Made by a program: the position numbers and the translations under genes. The notes under the pieces are model-generated. The model was not told the DNA's origin. It saw nothing but the letters and a program-made list of their open reading frames with translations, and ran no database searches. From positions 926,190-990,189 of the forward strand of contig JBAUPV010000030.1 of assembly GCA_049580385.1 (NCBI GenBank): a DNA stretch of 64,000 bases. Reading direction: 5' to 3'. This document shows, piece after piece, positions 39,710-48,132 of this stretch. The stretch is from Desulfobaccales bacterium (GTDB lineage: Bacteria; Desulfobacterota; Desulfobaccia; Desulfobaccales; 0-14-0-80-60-11). The stretch's first letter is position 1. Every line of letters starts with the position of its first letter.

Positions 39710-40951
39710 CTACCTCCGGATGAGCCCGGAGTTTCCGGGCAGGGTCAGCAACCCGCCGGGTGCGGGGGCCTCCTGGGTTTTGCGGAGGTCCTCGAGGGCC
39801 AACATGAGGGCCGCGGACACCAGTCCCGTCAAGAAGGGGTTTTCCCTGGCCAGGATGCCGCCCTGGGGGTCGGCCAGGGCAGCGGCGGCGGCCCTGGCGA
39901 TCCGGGCTTTTCCCGGGCGCTGGCTCAGGTCCAGGTAATAGGCCGTGGCCAGCAGCCGGCGGCGGATGCGCCCCCGGCCTTCCAGGGGATAAAGGGCCAG
40001 GGCGGCCTCTTCCACCAGTGCGTCGGTGCGCTCCCGCTTCTGATGATCTGATAGGATCAGCGGACTTTCCAGAATTTCCTGAAGCTTATGAAACCAGGGT
40101 TCGATCTCCTCATGACCTGGCAACCAGTAATGGAATATGGGCTCCTCGGCTAATTGCCGGGATTGCGGGAGGAGCCGGGCCCCATTGGCCGGGTCCAGGT
40201 CCGAGAGAGGTTGCTCCAGGTCCGGGGCCGCATCCGGCCGGCCCCAGTATTTCCAGATACGCTCCCGAAGGTTCGGATAACTGCCGGCGGCGGCCGCGTC
40301 CCGGTGAGGCTGCGCATAGGCCTCTTCCAGGAGGCGCACCGCGTAAGGTCCGGGCACCGGAAACCATTCAGCCAGGCCCTGCTCCCGGTAGTGATCCCAA
40401 AACTCTTTTTGTTGTTGCTGATTCAGCGAGAGCAGCCGGCATTCCTGGAATCCCGAGGCGTCGTTAAGGAATGCCACCAGGAAGTTGCCCCCCAGGATTT
40501 CCTTGGGGGCCGACAGTATGACGACGCTGTCGCCGTTTCCCATGATGGGCGAGACCTGGGCCTGGGTCGCCGGTGGCTGCTCCTCCCGGAATAGCGGCTC
40601 TTCCCTGGGGAGCGCCTCCCGAGGAATGGGGACTCCCCGGGTCTGGAGGAGGTGCAGCGCCCGTTTCCAGGCCTTGCGCCTGGAGGAGTCCGGGCTGTTG
40701 GCGAACAGCTCAGCCAGGAGAAGAGGAATCGCCGGGTTGGGGATATTTGCCAAATTGGCCAGCAGGTGCAGGTCCCACAGCAGGTCCTGCGGCGAGGCCG
40801 AAACCAGGCCCTTGAGGCTAGCCAGGTCCGCACCCTGCCGGCAAGCCGCGACCAGGGCCTCTATTTGGGATTGGAGGACGGCAGCCGCCGCGGGCGGCAA
40901 AGGCACCAGGGTCCGGCCCAGGCGGGATCGGGCCTTTTTCGCCCCTGGCAT
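39710..40951 (-). CDS. hypothetical protein (413 aa), helical, no recognisable domain
   Basis: This is the C-terminal two-thirds of track ORF 39710..41536. ATG 40951 overlaps the pyrR stop (ATGA). The stop TAG at 39710-39712 lies 1 nt before the yjbQ-like ATG. Confidence 0.65.
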   Translation of the reverse strand: MPGAKKARSRLGRTLVPLPPAAAAVLQSQIEALVAACRQGADLASLKGLVSASPQDLLWDLHLLANLANIPNPAIPLLLAELFANSPDSSRRKAWKRALHLLQTRGVPIPREALPREEPLFREEQPPATQAQVSPIMGNGDSVVILSAPKEILGGNFLVAFLNDASGFQECRLLSLNQQQQKEFWDHYREQGLAEWFPVPGPYAVRLLEEAYAQPHRDAAAAGSYPNLRERIWKYWGRPDAAPDLEQPLSDLDPANGARLLPQSRQLAEEPIFHYWLPGHEEIEPWFHKLQEILESPLILSDHQKRERTDALVEEAALALYPLEGRGRIRRRLLATAYYLDLSQRPGKARIARAAAAALADPQGGILARENPFLTGLVSAALMLALEDLRKTQEAPAPGGLLTLPGNSGLIRR

Positions 40952-41505
40952 CACGGCCTCTCGGGGGGGCCCGACTCGATGGCCACCGCGTCCTTGCGGC
41001 CCATCTCCTTTAGGTAAACGTTGACCCGTTGACCGGGGGGAAGGATTACGGCTTGGCCCACGAAGTCGGCCTGGATGGGCAATTCCCGCCCGCCCCGGTC
41101 GATGAGCACCGCCAGTTCGATGCGCCGCGGCCGCCCGTAGTCGATGAGGGCGTCCAGGGCGGCCCGCACCGTGCGGCCGGTGAACAGCACATCGTCCACC
41201 AGCACCACTTCCTGGTCGTCGATGGAGCCGGGAAGTTCCGTCTTGCCCACCAGTGGCTTGTGGCTCAATTGGGTCCAGTCGTCTCGGTAGAGGGTGATGT
41301 CCAGGACCCCCACCCGCAGGGGCTTGCCGGTGCGCCGGCTGATGGCTGCTGCCAGGCGCTGCGCCAGATATGCCCCCCCGGTGCGGATGCCCACCAGGAG
41401 CAGGCAGTCCGTATCCAGGTGTTGCGCCATGATTTCGTCGGTGAGTCGCTCCAGGGTTTGCTGCAACTGGGCTGCGGTCATGGCGGAGGGCTTTTTGGAA
41501 GTCAT
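40951..41505 (-). CDS. pyrR: bifunctional pyrimidine regulatory protein / uracil phosphoribosyltransferase PyrR
   Basis: Motifs [24 protein letters not shown] and the PRPP motif [21 protein letters not shown] 41505 (MTSKKP...) is preferred over the TTG at 41514. Confidence 0.9.
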   Translation of the reverse strand: MTSKKPSAMTAAQLQQTLERLTDEIMAQHLDTDCLLLVGIRTGGAYLAQRLAAAISRRTGKPLRVGVLDITLYRDDWTQLSHKPLVGKTELPGSIDDQEVVLVDDVLFTGRTVRAALDALIDYGRPRRIELAVLIDRGGRELPIQADFVGQAVILPPGQRVNVYLKEMGRKDAVAIESGPPERP

Positions 41506-41835
41506 ATCGGGCAAGGTCCTTGTTTTCTTTAATCATTTGCCGAGCCGAAAGAAATTTCCCTGCTCCCTACCATTGGGACAGGTTCCCGGCCTGTAATCAA
41601 TTTTGTGCTATTTTGTTAAGTTAACACGCACGCCCCGGAAAGACAAGCGGCATCAGGATTTCCCCGGTGCTCCGGGGGATGTGCTCCGGTGCGGGGAAAT
41701 GTTCATTAATAAGGGCTGCATTGAAGGCGCAGGTCGAGTCGCCGGCGCCACCCGGCGGGGCATTGCCCCTGAACGGAAACCCGGATATAATATATAATAT
41801 GCATTTGTTAGCCGCGGTCCTAGTGGAGCGAAGGC

Positions 41836-42153
41836 ATGACCTTGGAGGAAGCCCGCCAATTGTTGGACTTGGGCCAAAGAGCCAGCCATCATGAGGTGCG
41901 GGCCGCCTATCGCCGGGCGGCCCGGCGTTGGCATCCGGACCGGGCCGCGGCTCACCAGGAAGCGGAATATCGCCGCCGCATGCAACAGCTTAACAGCGCC
42001 TATCAGCGGCTAATCAAATTTATCGAGGGCTATCGCATTGAGCTGGTGGAGGAGTCTTCCCAGAATGACCTCCTGAAGTGGTGGTTCAACCGCTTTGCCA
42101 CCGGCTCCTCGAGCCCGCCGCCCCCCGGCGATCAGGGGGAGGGTAAGGAATGA
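41836..42153 (+). CDS. small J-domain (DnaJ-like) protein
   Basis: 105 aa. LLDLGQRASHHEVRAAYRRAARRWHPDR... contains the HPD tripeptide. The stop overlaps the next ATG (ATGA). Confidence 0.8.
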   Translation: MTLEEARQLLDLGQRASHHEVRAAYRRAARRWHPDRAAAHQEAEYRRRMQQLNSAYQRLIKFIEGYRIELVEESSQNDLLKWWFNRFATGSSSPPPPGDQGEGKE

Positions 42154-42959
42154 TGGCAGTCATTGGTTTTTTGATTTTGATGTTCCTGGCCAACCTCTTT
42201 GGCCCGGCAGCAAGCCTGGCTCAACAGGCGGCAGGGAGCCGGATGGAGGAGTTGCAATATCGCCTCGATTTGGGGGCTCTCCATGATGTGGCGCTGGTAC
42301 ACCTGCGCCTTACGGAGGTAGGGCCGGGGCGCTACCGGGCTGAATTCGCCGGCGCCGCCCAAGGGGCCTGGAGTCTTTTGAACCGCTGGTTGCCGGAGCG
42401 CTACGAGACCGAGATGACGCTGGAGCAGGGGAGGCTCAAACCCCTGGTCTATCGGGAGGAGTTCGAGGATGGGGGACACCACGTCTTAAAGGAATACCGG
42501 TTCGATTATGCCCGGAGGCAACTTAGCGTCTGGCGGAGCCAGGATAACCGGGAACTGGCAGAGAGGTCGCAAGTGCCGATGGAGCAGCCGGTGTACGATC
42601 CCTTGACCCTATTTTACAACCTGCGCCTGGGGGCCTTTGGTCCATTAACCGGGGGGAAAACCCTGAAAGTAGCCCTGGTGCCGGCGCCGGAGCCGCGGGA
42701 GCTGGTCTTGCGCCTGGGGCCGGAAACCCCCCAGGGACAGCAGATCATGGTGGAGGTGAAGGGTGCGGGGAGCGGTGGGCAGCAGTCCGGCACCTATTTT
42801 CTCGACTGCAATTCCCCGGGGCTGCCCCGGCAAGCCTGGACCCGGGCCCTCGATTTCTGCAAGCTCTCCGGGCAATTGGTGTCGGCGGAGACCGCCCCGG
42901 GGAACGGGTTGCAATTATCACAGGCCATCCCTCAAGTTGGCGCTGCGCTGAGTAAATAG
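42150..42959 (+). CDS. DUF3108-like secreted protein, paralogue 1
   Basis: 269 aa with an N-terminal hydrophobic signal. It shares PLVYREE, LKEYRFDY and GPGRYR blocks with 43768..44655. The DUF3108 assignment is from memory of the family pattern. Confidence 0.65.
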   Translation: MMAVIGFLILMFLANLFGPAASLAQQAAGSRMEELQYRLDLGALHDVALVHLRLTEVGPGRYRAEFAGAAQGAWSLLNRWLPERYETEMTLEQGRLKPLVYREEFEDGGHHVLKEYRFDYARRQLSVWRSQDNRELAERSQVPMEQPVYDPLTLFYNLRLGAFGPLTGGKTLKVALVPAPEPRELVLRLGPETPQGQQIMVEVKGAGSGGQQSGTYFLDCNSPGLPRQAWTRALDFCKLSGQLVSAETAPGNGLQLSQAIPQVGAALSK

Positions 42960-42960
42960 C

Positions 42961-43695
42961 GTGGTATTCAATCGTTTCACGGTGTTCGTAAGAAAGACCT
43001 CCTGGGCCACGGCACAACTCGGCGTGCTGGTATTCTGGGCCGGTCTTCTGATAGCGGCGCGGAGGTTTCCTTCGGAGTACGACTGGCGATACATGCCGGT
43101 GTCCAATCTGCTCTCTGCCGGCCGCAACCCCGCCGGGCATCTTTGGGCGTCCCTGGGCATCGTGCTGTGTAGCCTTTGTGGGTTGTGCTGGGCGGCGATA
43201 TTGGCCCAGCGCTGGGCGCCTGCCAACGCCAGCGGCCACCCAAGCGGACTGAGGGCTATCCAATTGGGATACTTCTGTATGGCATGTTCAGCAGCACTCC
43301 CGGAGTCGCTGCTGCCGCTACCGAAAGGCCATGAACTCCTCACCTTCTTGGCGTTTGCCGGCCTGTGCCTATGACTGGTCCGCCTGATGTTTCAGACGAG
43401 CGAGCGGATTTTGCTGCGGTGGAACCGCGGTTCCATGAGGAACCCCTGTCGTTATGCGACAGTCTTGGCCGGCTCGGTCGTGTTGCCAATCCTGCTGGCG
43501 GGCCTGGCTCAGGCATATGTCTTCTACGCTCTCCCTGCACTCCATTGGGTGAACCTCTCCTGGCGTGCCCGCGGGGTGCCGGTATATCTGAGTTTCGCTT
43601 TCTGGGAATGGGTGACGTGCGTCGTGCTCTCCGCATACGTGACGATACTCGGTTTGACCGCGAGCAGGGTCTGGGCCATGGGGACCGAAGGCTAG
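42961..43695 (+). pseudogene. polytopic membrane protein (DUF998-like?) interrupted by one in-frame TGA at 43372-43374
   Basis: ORFs 42961..43374 and 43387..43695 are in the same frame (both positions = 1 mod 3). They are separated only by TGA plus 4 codons. Both halves are hydrophobic. Confidence 0.5.
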
Positions 43696-43767
43696 AATAG
43701 CCTGGTGCTCAAAACCACATTAAATGCCGTCATAGCAATTACGAAGCAGCACTCCGGAAGGAATTGA

Positions 43768-44655
43768 ATGAAGAAATTAATTTTTAGAGGTTTGGGTACG
43801 TTACAGAGGGGAGCCGGCGCCAGGCCGCTTTGGGGCCGCGGCTTTTGGAAGTTGCCCGTCCTGGCTCTTCTCATCGCCCTGGCCTTTCAGGCCTGGCCGG
43901 CAGCGCCCGCCCCGGCCGCGGTGGTCCAGGGGCAATTGCTGGAAGATTTGAATTTCCGGGTCGAATTTCTCCTGTGGAAGGATGTGGCCCATGCCCGGCT
44001 GACTCTGACCAGCCTGGGGCCAGGCCGCTACCGGGTGGAACTCTCCGGGGAACCCGAGGGATTGATGAAGACCTTTACCGGCCAGCGCCGGGATAGTTAC
44101 CAGACGGAGATGATCTGGCGGGGCGGGAAGTTAGTGCCTTTGGTTTACCGGGAGGAGTCCCGGAAAAACCACAAGCGCTACCTGAAGGAATACCGCTTCA
44201 ACTACGAGAAAGGCGAGTTGGAGTTGTGGCAGTGGAAGGAGGATAGGGGCGTGATGATGCTCAAATGGCATACTGCTCTCAATCGCCCCATTCAAGACCC
44301 GCTTAGCGCCTTCTACAACTACCGCCTGGGCCTGCTGGGACCGATCAAGGAGGGTGAGACCCTGAGCTTGGAGGGTATACCTTATCCGAAGCCGGAAGAG
44401 ATCGAGGTTAGGATCGGTCCGAAGACCGAATGGGGGCGGAAAGTGATGGTCTCCATCAACAACCATGCCTTTGCCAACGATCGAGGCACCGTGTTCGCCT
44501 ACCTGGACGCCTCCCGGGTGCCAACGAAGGCCTGGACTGATGTTCTGAAAATGGGCACCATCAGCGGCGAGCTGCTTCCCGGCGGGAAGCCTCTGAATGG
44601 CGCCCTCCCGGAAATGGCCAGGACTGCTTCGCCGGCAGCCAGGCTGGCTGACTAA
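43768..44655 (+). CDS. DUF3108-like secreted protein, paralogue 2
   Basis: 295 aa with a signal peptide (LPVLALLIALAFQAWPAAPA). It is clearly alignable to 42150..42959 (GPGRYRVELSG, LVPLVYREE, YLKEYRFNY). Confidence 0.7.
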   Translation: MKKLIFRGLGTLQRGAGARPLWGRGFWKLPVLALLIALAFQAWPAAPAPAAVVQGQLLEDLNFRVEFLLWKDVAHARLTLTSLGPGRYRVELSGEPEGLMKTFTGQRRDSYQTEMIWRGGKLVPLVYREESRKNHKRYLKEYRFNYEKGELELWQWKEDRGVMMLKWHTALNRPIQDPLSAFYNYRLGLLGPIKEGETLSLEGIPYPKPEEIEVRIGPKTEWGRKVMVSINNHAFANDRGTVFAYLDASRVPTKAWTDVLKMGTISGELLPGGKPLNGALPEMARTASPAARLAD

Positions 44656-44923
44656 CCCTGGTTTTCTCCCTAATTACTAAAAGGCGGGATGAATATGGGC
44701 GGCTCCCCGCCCATCCCCTAAGTGCTTAGAATGTACGGATAATTAAAATAAGCACCAAAAAAACCACGTTATTTTTCCGTCCCTCCCCTTGACTCTCCTA
44801 AGATGATGATTACTTTATTATCAACAGCCTGAGGACCGGAAAGTCTGCCTCCGGCCCCCCTAAAGCAATGCATCTGGAAGGGGCGCGATGCGGGGGTTGC
44901 AGTCCCGACAGGCGATTTGAGAA

Positions 44924-44954
44924 AGGCCATGTCCCTAGGGGCATGGCCTTTTTT
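44924..44954 (+). terminator. rho-independent terminator
   Basis: aggccatgtccc-ta-ggggcatggcc followed by TTTTTT. Unidirectional (+). Confidence 0.75.
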
Positions 44955-45213
44955 GCTGCGAGATTTGCCGGGCACTGTAGTGGCGGCGTCTCGCCTCCCT
45001 GGGCGGGGAAAACCCACCCCTACACGGTATCAGGCTACCTTCCGGAAGCTCCCAAGCTTCTATCTCTGGTTCTTTAATCCCCCTTTGTAAAAGGGAGGGA
45101 GGGGGGGATTTAAAATAACCCACTGAAATCCCCCCCTAAATCCCCCTTTTGCAAAGGGGGACTTCCAAATCCTTGGAACTAGGCTCAGCTTAGCGAGAAA
45201 ATTAAAGCGAGGC

Positions 45214-45241
45214 TTGACAAAATCTCCTTGACCTGGATAAT
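45214..45241 (+). promoter_or_regulatory. sigma70-like promoter of the ilv leader
   Basis: TTGACA (45214-45219), 16-nt spacer, GATAAT (45236-45241). Confidence 0.55.
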
Positions 45242-45430
45242 AGTGTTTAGAAAGTGTTAAAGGGTAAGATGATGGCAAAGGCTGGTTATCTTAACTGCGG
45301 GAAGAGGACGTCGCTCCTGGTAGCCGTAGTAGCGAGGCGCAGCCGGTTGCCTGTCTGGCTCGGCTCCGCCGGGGCTAAGGAGTGGTGCCATAATTGACGC
45401 TCATCCCCCCGGTTTTCGAGACTCCCAGGC

Positions 45431-45460
45431 AGGGCCGCAGGCGGCCCTTTTTTATTTTTG
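45431..45460 (+). terminator. rho-independent terminator inside the ilvBNC 5' leader (attenuator candidate)
   Basis: agggccg-cagg-cggccct followed by TTTTTATTTTT. It lies ~190 nt downstream of the promoter and ~140 nt upstream of the DUF465-ilvB genes. Confidence 0.7.
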
Positions 45461-45602
45461 CCGCCGGGTGACTGTTAGTAGCCCTGGCAGCGCCGCTTCC
45501 CGGGGGATTTGGCAGGAAGCCCGGCTGTAGATAATTGACAAATATCCCAAATTATTTTAGCATCTTGGGTACCTTGGAGAAAAATTAGAGGCAAGGGAAA
45601 CC

Positions 45603-45839
45603 ATGGAGAAAGAAGACTTGGAGTTGATTGAGCGGCTGAGGGAAGAGGACCCGGAATTAAAGAAAATCTGGGACGAGCACCATCAGTATGAGCGGCTTTT
45701 GGATGAGTTCAACCGGAGGCCGTACCTCACCAATGCTGAAACCCTGGAGCGCAAAAGGCTGCAGAAGCTGAAGCTGGCCGGCCGCGATCGGATGGAGCAA
45801 ATTCTGGCCAAATACCGCGGCAAGGAACGGATGTCATGA
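45603..45839 (+). CDS. DUF465 (YdcH-like) small coiled-coil protein
   Basis: 78 aa. LKKIWDEHHQYERLLDEF...YLTNAETLERKRLQKLKLAGRDRM is typical of DUF465. The stop overlaps the ilvB ATG (ATGA). Confidence 0.75.
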   Translation: MEKEDLELIERLREEDPELKKIWDEHHQYERLLDEFNRRPYLTNAETLERKRLQKLKLAGRDRMEQILAKYRGKERMS

Positions 45840-47524
45840 AATTGACCGGATCCCAGATCCTGCTTAAATGTCTGGAGCGGGAGGATGTCAAAGACATCTT
45901 CGGTTATCCCGGCGGCGTGGTTTTGGATATCTACGATGAATTGACCCGCACCCCGCAGATCAAGCACATACTGGTGCGCCACGAACAGGCGGCGGTGCAC
46001 GCCGCCGACGGGTACGCCCGGGCCAGCGGCAAAGTGGGGGTGGCGCTGGTGACCTCGGGCCCCGGGGCCACCAACACGGTGACCGGCATCGCTTCGGCCT
46101 ACCTGGACTCCATACCCATCGTGGTCATCAGCGGCCAGGTGCCCACCGCCCTCATCGGCAACGATGCCTTTCAGGAGGTGGACATCGTCGGCATCACCCG
46201 GCCCTGCACCAAGCACAATTACCTGGTGAAGGACATCAACCAGTTGGCCTATACCATCCACGAGGCCTTCCACATCGCCCGCTCCGGCCGCCCCGGTCCG
46301 GTCCTGGTGGACCTGCCCAAAGACATCGTGCAGGCCAGCATCGTGCCCAAGTTCCCCGAAGCCATCAAGATCAAGAGCTACAACCCCACCTACCACGCCA
46401 ATCCCCGGCAGGTGAAGCGGGCCCTGGAGTTGATGCTCAGCGCCAAAAGACCGGTGCTCTACACCGGGGGTGGCATCATTCTTTCGGAAGCCTCGGAGGA
46501 ACTGGCCAAATTCGCCCACCTCTTGCAAATCCCGGTTACCAGCACCCTCATGGGCCTGGGCGGCTTCCCCGGGGACGACCCCCTGTGGATGGGCATGTTG
46601 GGGATGCACGGCACCTATTGCGCCAACATGGGGGTCTCTCAGGCCGACGTCCTCGTGGGCATCGGGGCCCGCTTCGATGACCGGGTCACCGGCAAGCTTT
46701 CGGACTTTGCGCCCCATGCCAAGATCATCCACGTGGACATCGACCCCAGTTCCATCAGCAAGAACGTCCACGTGGACATTCCCATTGTCGGCGACTGCCG
46801 CGATGCCTTGCAGCAGTTTATCGACCTGCTGCACGAGGCGCCAGCCCAGGATTGGACCCGGATCAGAGGGGAATGGCTGGAAACCATTGCCGCCTGGGAG
46901 CAGGAACATCCCCTGACCTACACCTGGAGCGATACCGTCATCAAGCCCCAGTATGTCATCGAAAAGCTCTGGGAGCTGACCAAGGGGGACGCCTTCATCA
47001 CCACGGAGGTGGGCCAGAACCAGATGTGGGCGGCGCAGTTCTACAGGTTCAAGAAGCCCCGCCGCCTGATGACCTCCGGCGGCCTGGGAGTCATGGGCTA
47101 CGGCTTCCCCGCGGCCATGGGGGTGCAGGTGGCCCAACCGGAGGCGACAGTAATCGACATCGCCGGGGACGGCAGCATCCAGATGAACATCCAGGAACTG
47201 ATCACCGTGGTGGAAAATAAGCTGCCGGTGAAGATCGCCATCCTGAACAACACTTTCCTGGGCATGGTGCGGCAGTGGCAGCAGCTCTTCTACGAACGGC
47301 GCTACAGCTCCACTCCGCTCGCCGCCCCCGATTTCGTCAAACTGGCAGAAGCTTACGGGGCCGTGGGGCTGAGGGCTACCAAGCCCCAGGAAGTGGAGCC
47401 GGTCATCAAAGAGGCCCTTAATACCCCCAGGCCGGTGATCATGGACTTCCGGGTGGAGCCGGAGGAATGTGTCATGCCCATGGTGCCCGCGGGTAAGGCC
47501 ATTCACGAAATGTTGCTGGCCTAG
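45836..47524 (+). CDS. ilvB: acetolactate synthase (acetohydroxyacid synthase) large subunit
   Basis: 562 aa. Motifs GYPGGVVLDIYD, HEQAAVHAADGYARASGKVGVALVTSGPGATN and the ThDP motif GLGVMGYGFPAAMG...GDGSIQMNIQEL. Confidence 0.95.
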   Translation: MKLTGSQILLKCLEREDVKDIFGYPGGVVLDIYDELTRTPQIKHILVRHEQAAVHAADGYARASGKVGVALVTSGPGATNTVTGIASAYLDSIPIVVISGQVPTALIGNDAFQEVDIVGITRPCTKHNYLVKDINQLAYTIHEAFHIARSGRPGPVLVDLPKDIVQASIVPKFPEAIKIKSYNPTYHANPRQVKRALELMLSAKRPVLYTGGGIILSEASEELAKFAHLLQIPVTSTLMGLGGFPGDDPLWMGMLGMHGTYCANMGVSQADVLVGIGARFDDRVTGKLSDFAPHAKIIHVDIDPSSISKNVHVDIPIVGDCRDALQQFIDLLHEAPAQDWTRIRGEWLETIAAWEQEHPLTYTWSDTVIKPQYVIEKLWELTKGDAFITTEVGQNQMWAAQFYRFKKPRRLMTSGGLGVMGYGFPAAMGVQVAQPEATVIDIAGDGSIQMNIQELITVVENKLPVKIAILNNTFLGMVRQWQQLFYERRYSSTPLAAPDFVKLAEAYGAVGLRATKPQEVEPVIKEALNTPRPVIMDFRVEPEECVMPMVPAGKAIHEMLLA

Positions 47525-47533
47525 GGAGGCGCG

Positions 47534-48022
47534 ATGGAACCGAGGCATACCATTTCAGTCTGGGTGGACAACCTTCCCGGGGTGCTGTCCCGGGTCACCG
47601 GACTTTTTAGCGGCCGGGGCTTCAATATCGAAAGCCTGTGCGTGGCCGAAACCATGGACCCGGAGACTTCCCGGATTACCATCGTGTCCACCGGGGATGA
47701 GGCCATCACCGAGCAGATCCTGAAGCAGTTGCACAAGCTCATCAATGTCATCAAGGTGGTCGATTTTAGCGGCACGGAACACGTGGAGCGGGAGATGGCC
47801 CTGGTGACGGTGCGGGCCGAAGGCGAATCCCGGGCCGAGGTCTTCCGTCTTGCCGATATCTTCCGGTGCCGGTTGGTGGACGTCAGCCCCACTACTTATA
47901 CCCTGGAGATTACCGGCAACCACGCCAAGATGCAGGCGGTGCTGGACAATCTCAAGATACACGGCATCCTGGACATCGTCCGGACCGGCTCCCTGGCCAT
48001 TCAGCGGACCAGGAAGGATTAG
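47534..48022 (+). CDS. ilvN: acetolactate synthase small (regulatory) subunit
   Basis: 162 aa. HTISVWVDNLPGVLSRVTGLFSGRGFNIESL is the ACT domain. Confidence 0.93.
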   Translation: MEPRHTISVWVDNLPGVLSRVTGLFSGRGFNIESLCVAETMDPETSRITIVSTGDEAITEQILKQLHKLINVIKVVDFSGTEHVEREMALVTVRAEGESRAEVFRLADIFRCRLVDVSPTTYTLEITGNHAKMQAVLDNLKIHGILDIVRTGSLAIQRTRKD

Positions 48023-48132
48023 CGGCCAGATAGCCTGGCAGCTGGCAGCGGAGGTTCGTAAAAGGCGCGGCGAACGCGCCTGTTCTGGTGCGTCAGACGC
48101 ACCCTACATCACTTGCAAAGGAATAAGCAGCC

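Noticed and set aside
39710-41536. Single 608-aa ORF in the track
   Set aside because: Its N-terminal third is an off-frame reading across pyrR (40951-41505), which has clear PRPP and PyrR motifs in another frame. The real gene starts at ATG 40951, which overlaps the pyrR stop.
44795-44923. Assigning the candidate sRNA to a known class (SRP/4.5S RNA, 6S RNA, c-di-GMP-I or Moco riboswitch)
   Set aside because: Only short chance-like matches were found (e.g. GCCUCCGGCC, CCGGAA). The conserved cores of those families, as I remember them, are not present. It is left unclassified pending an Infernal scan.
45381-45395. Calling the ilv (45381) and leu (52424) leaders T-box riboswitches because of the AGUGGU..AUAAU element
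   Set aside because: About 8 of 13 positions match the T-box consensus. However, I could not find a convincing Stem I (GA motif, specifier loop, AGAGA/distal loop) or an antiterminator that competes with the terminator. It is reported only as an alternative hypothesis.
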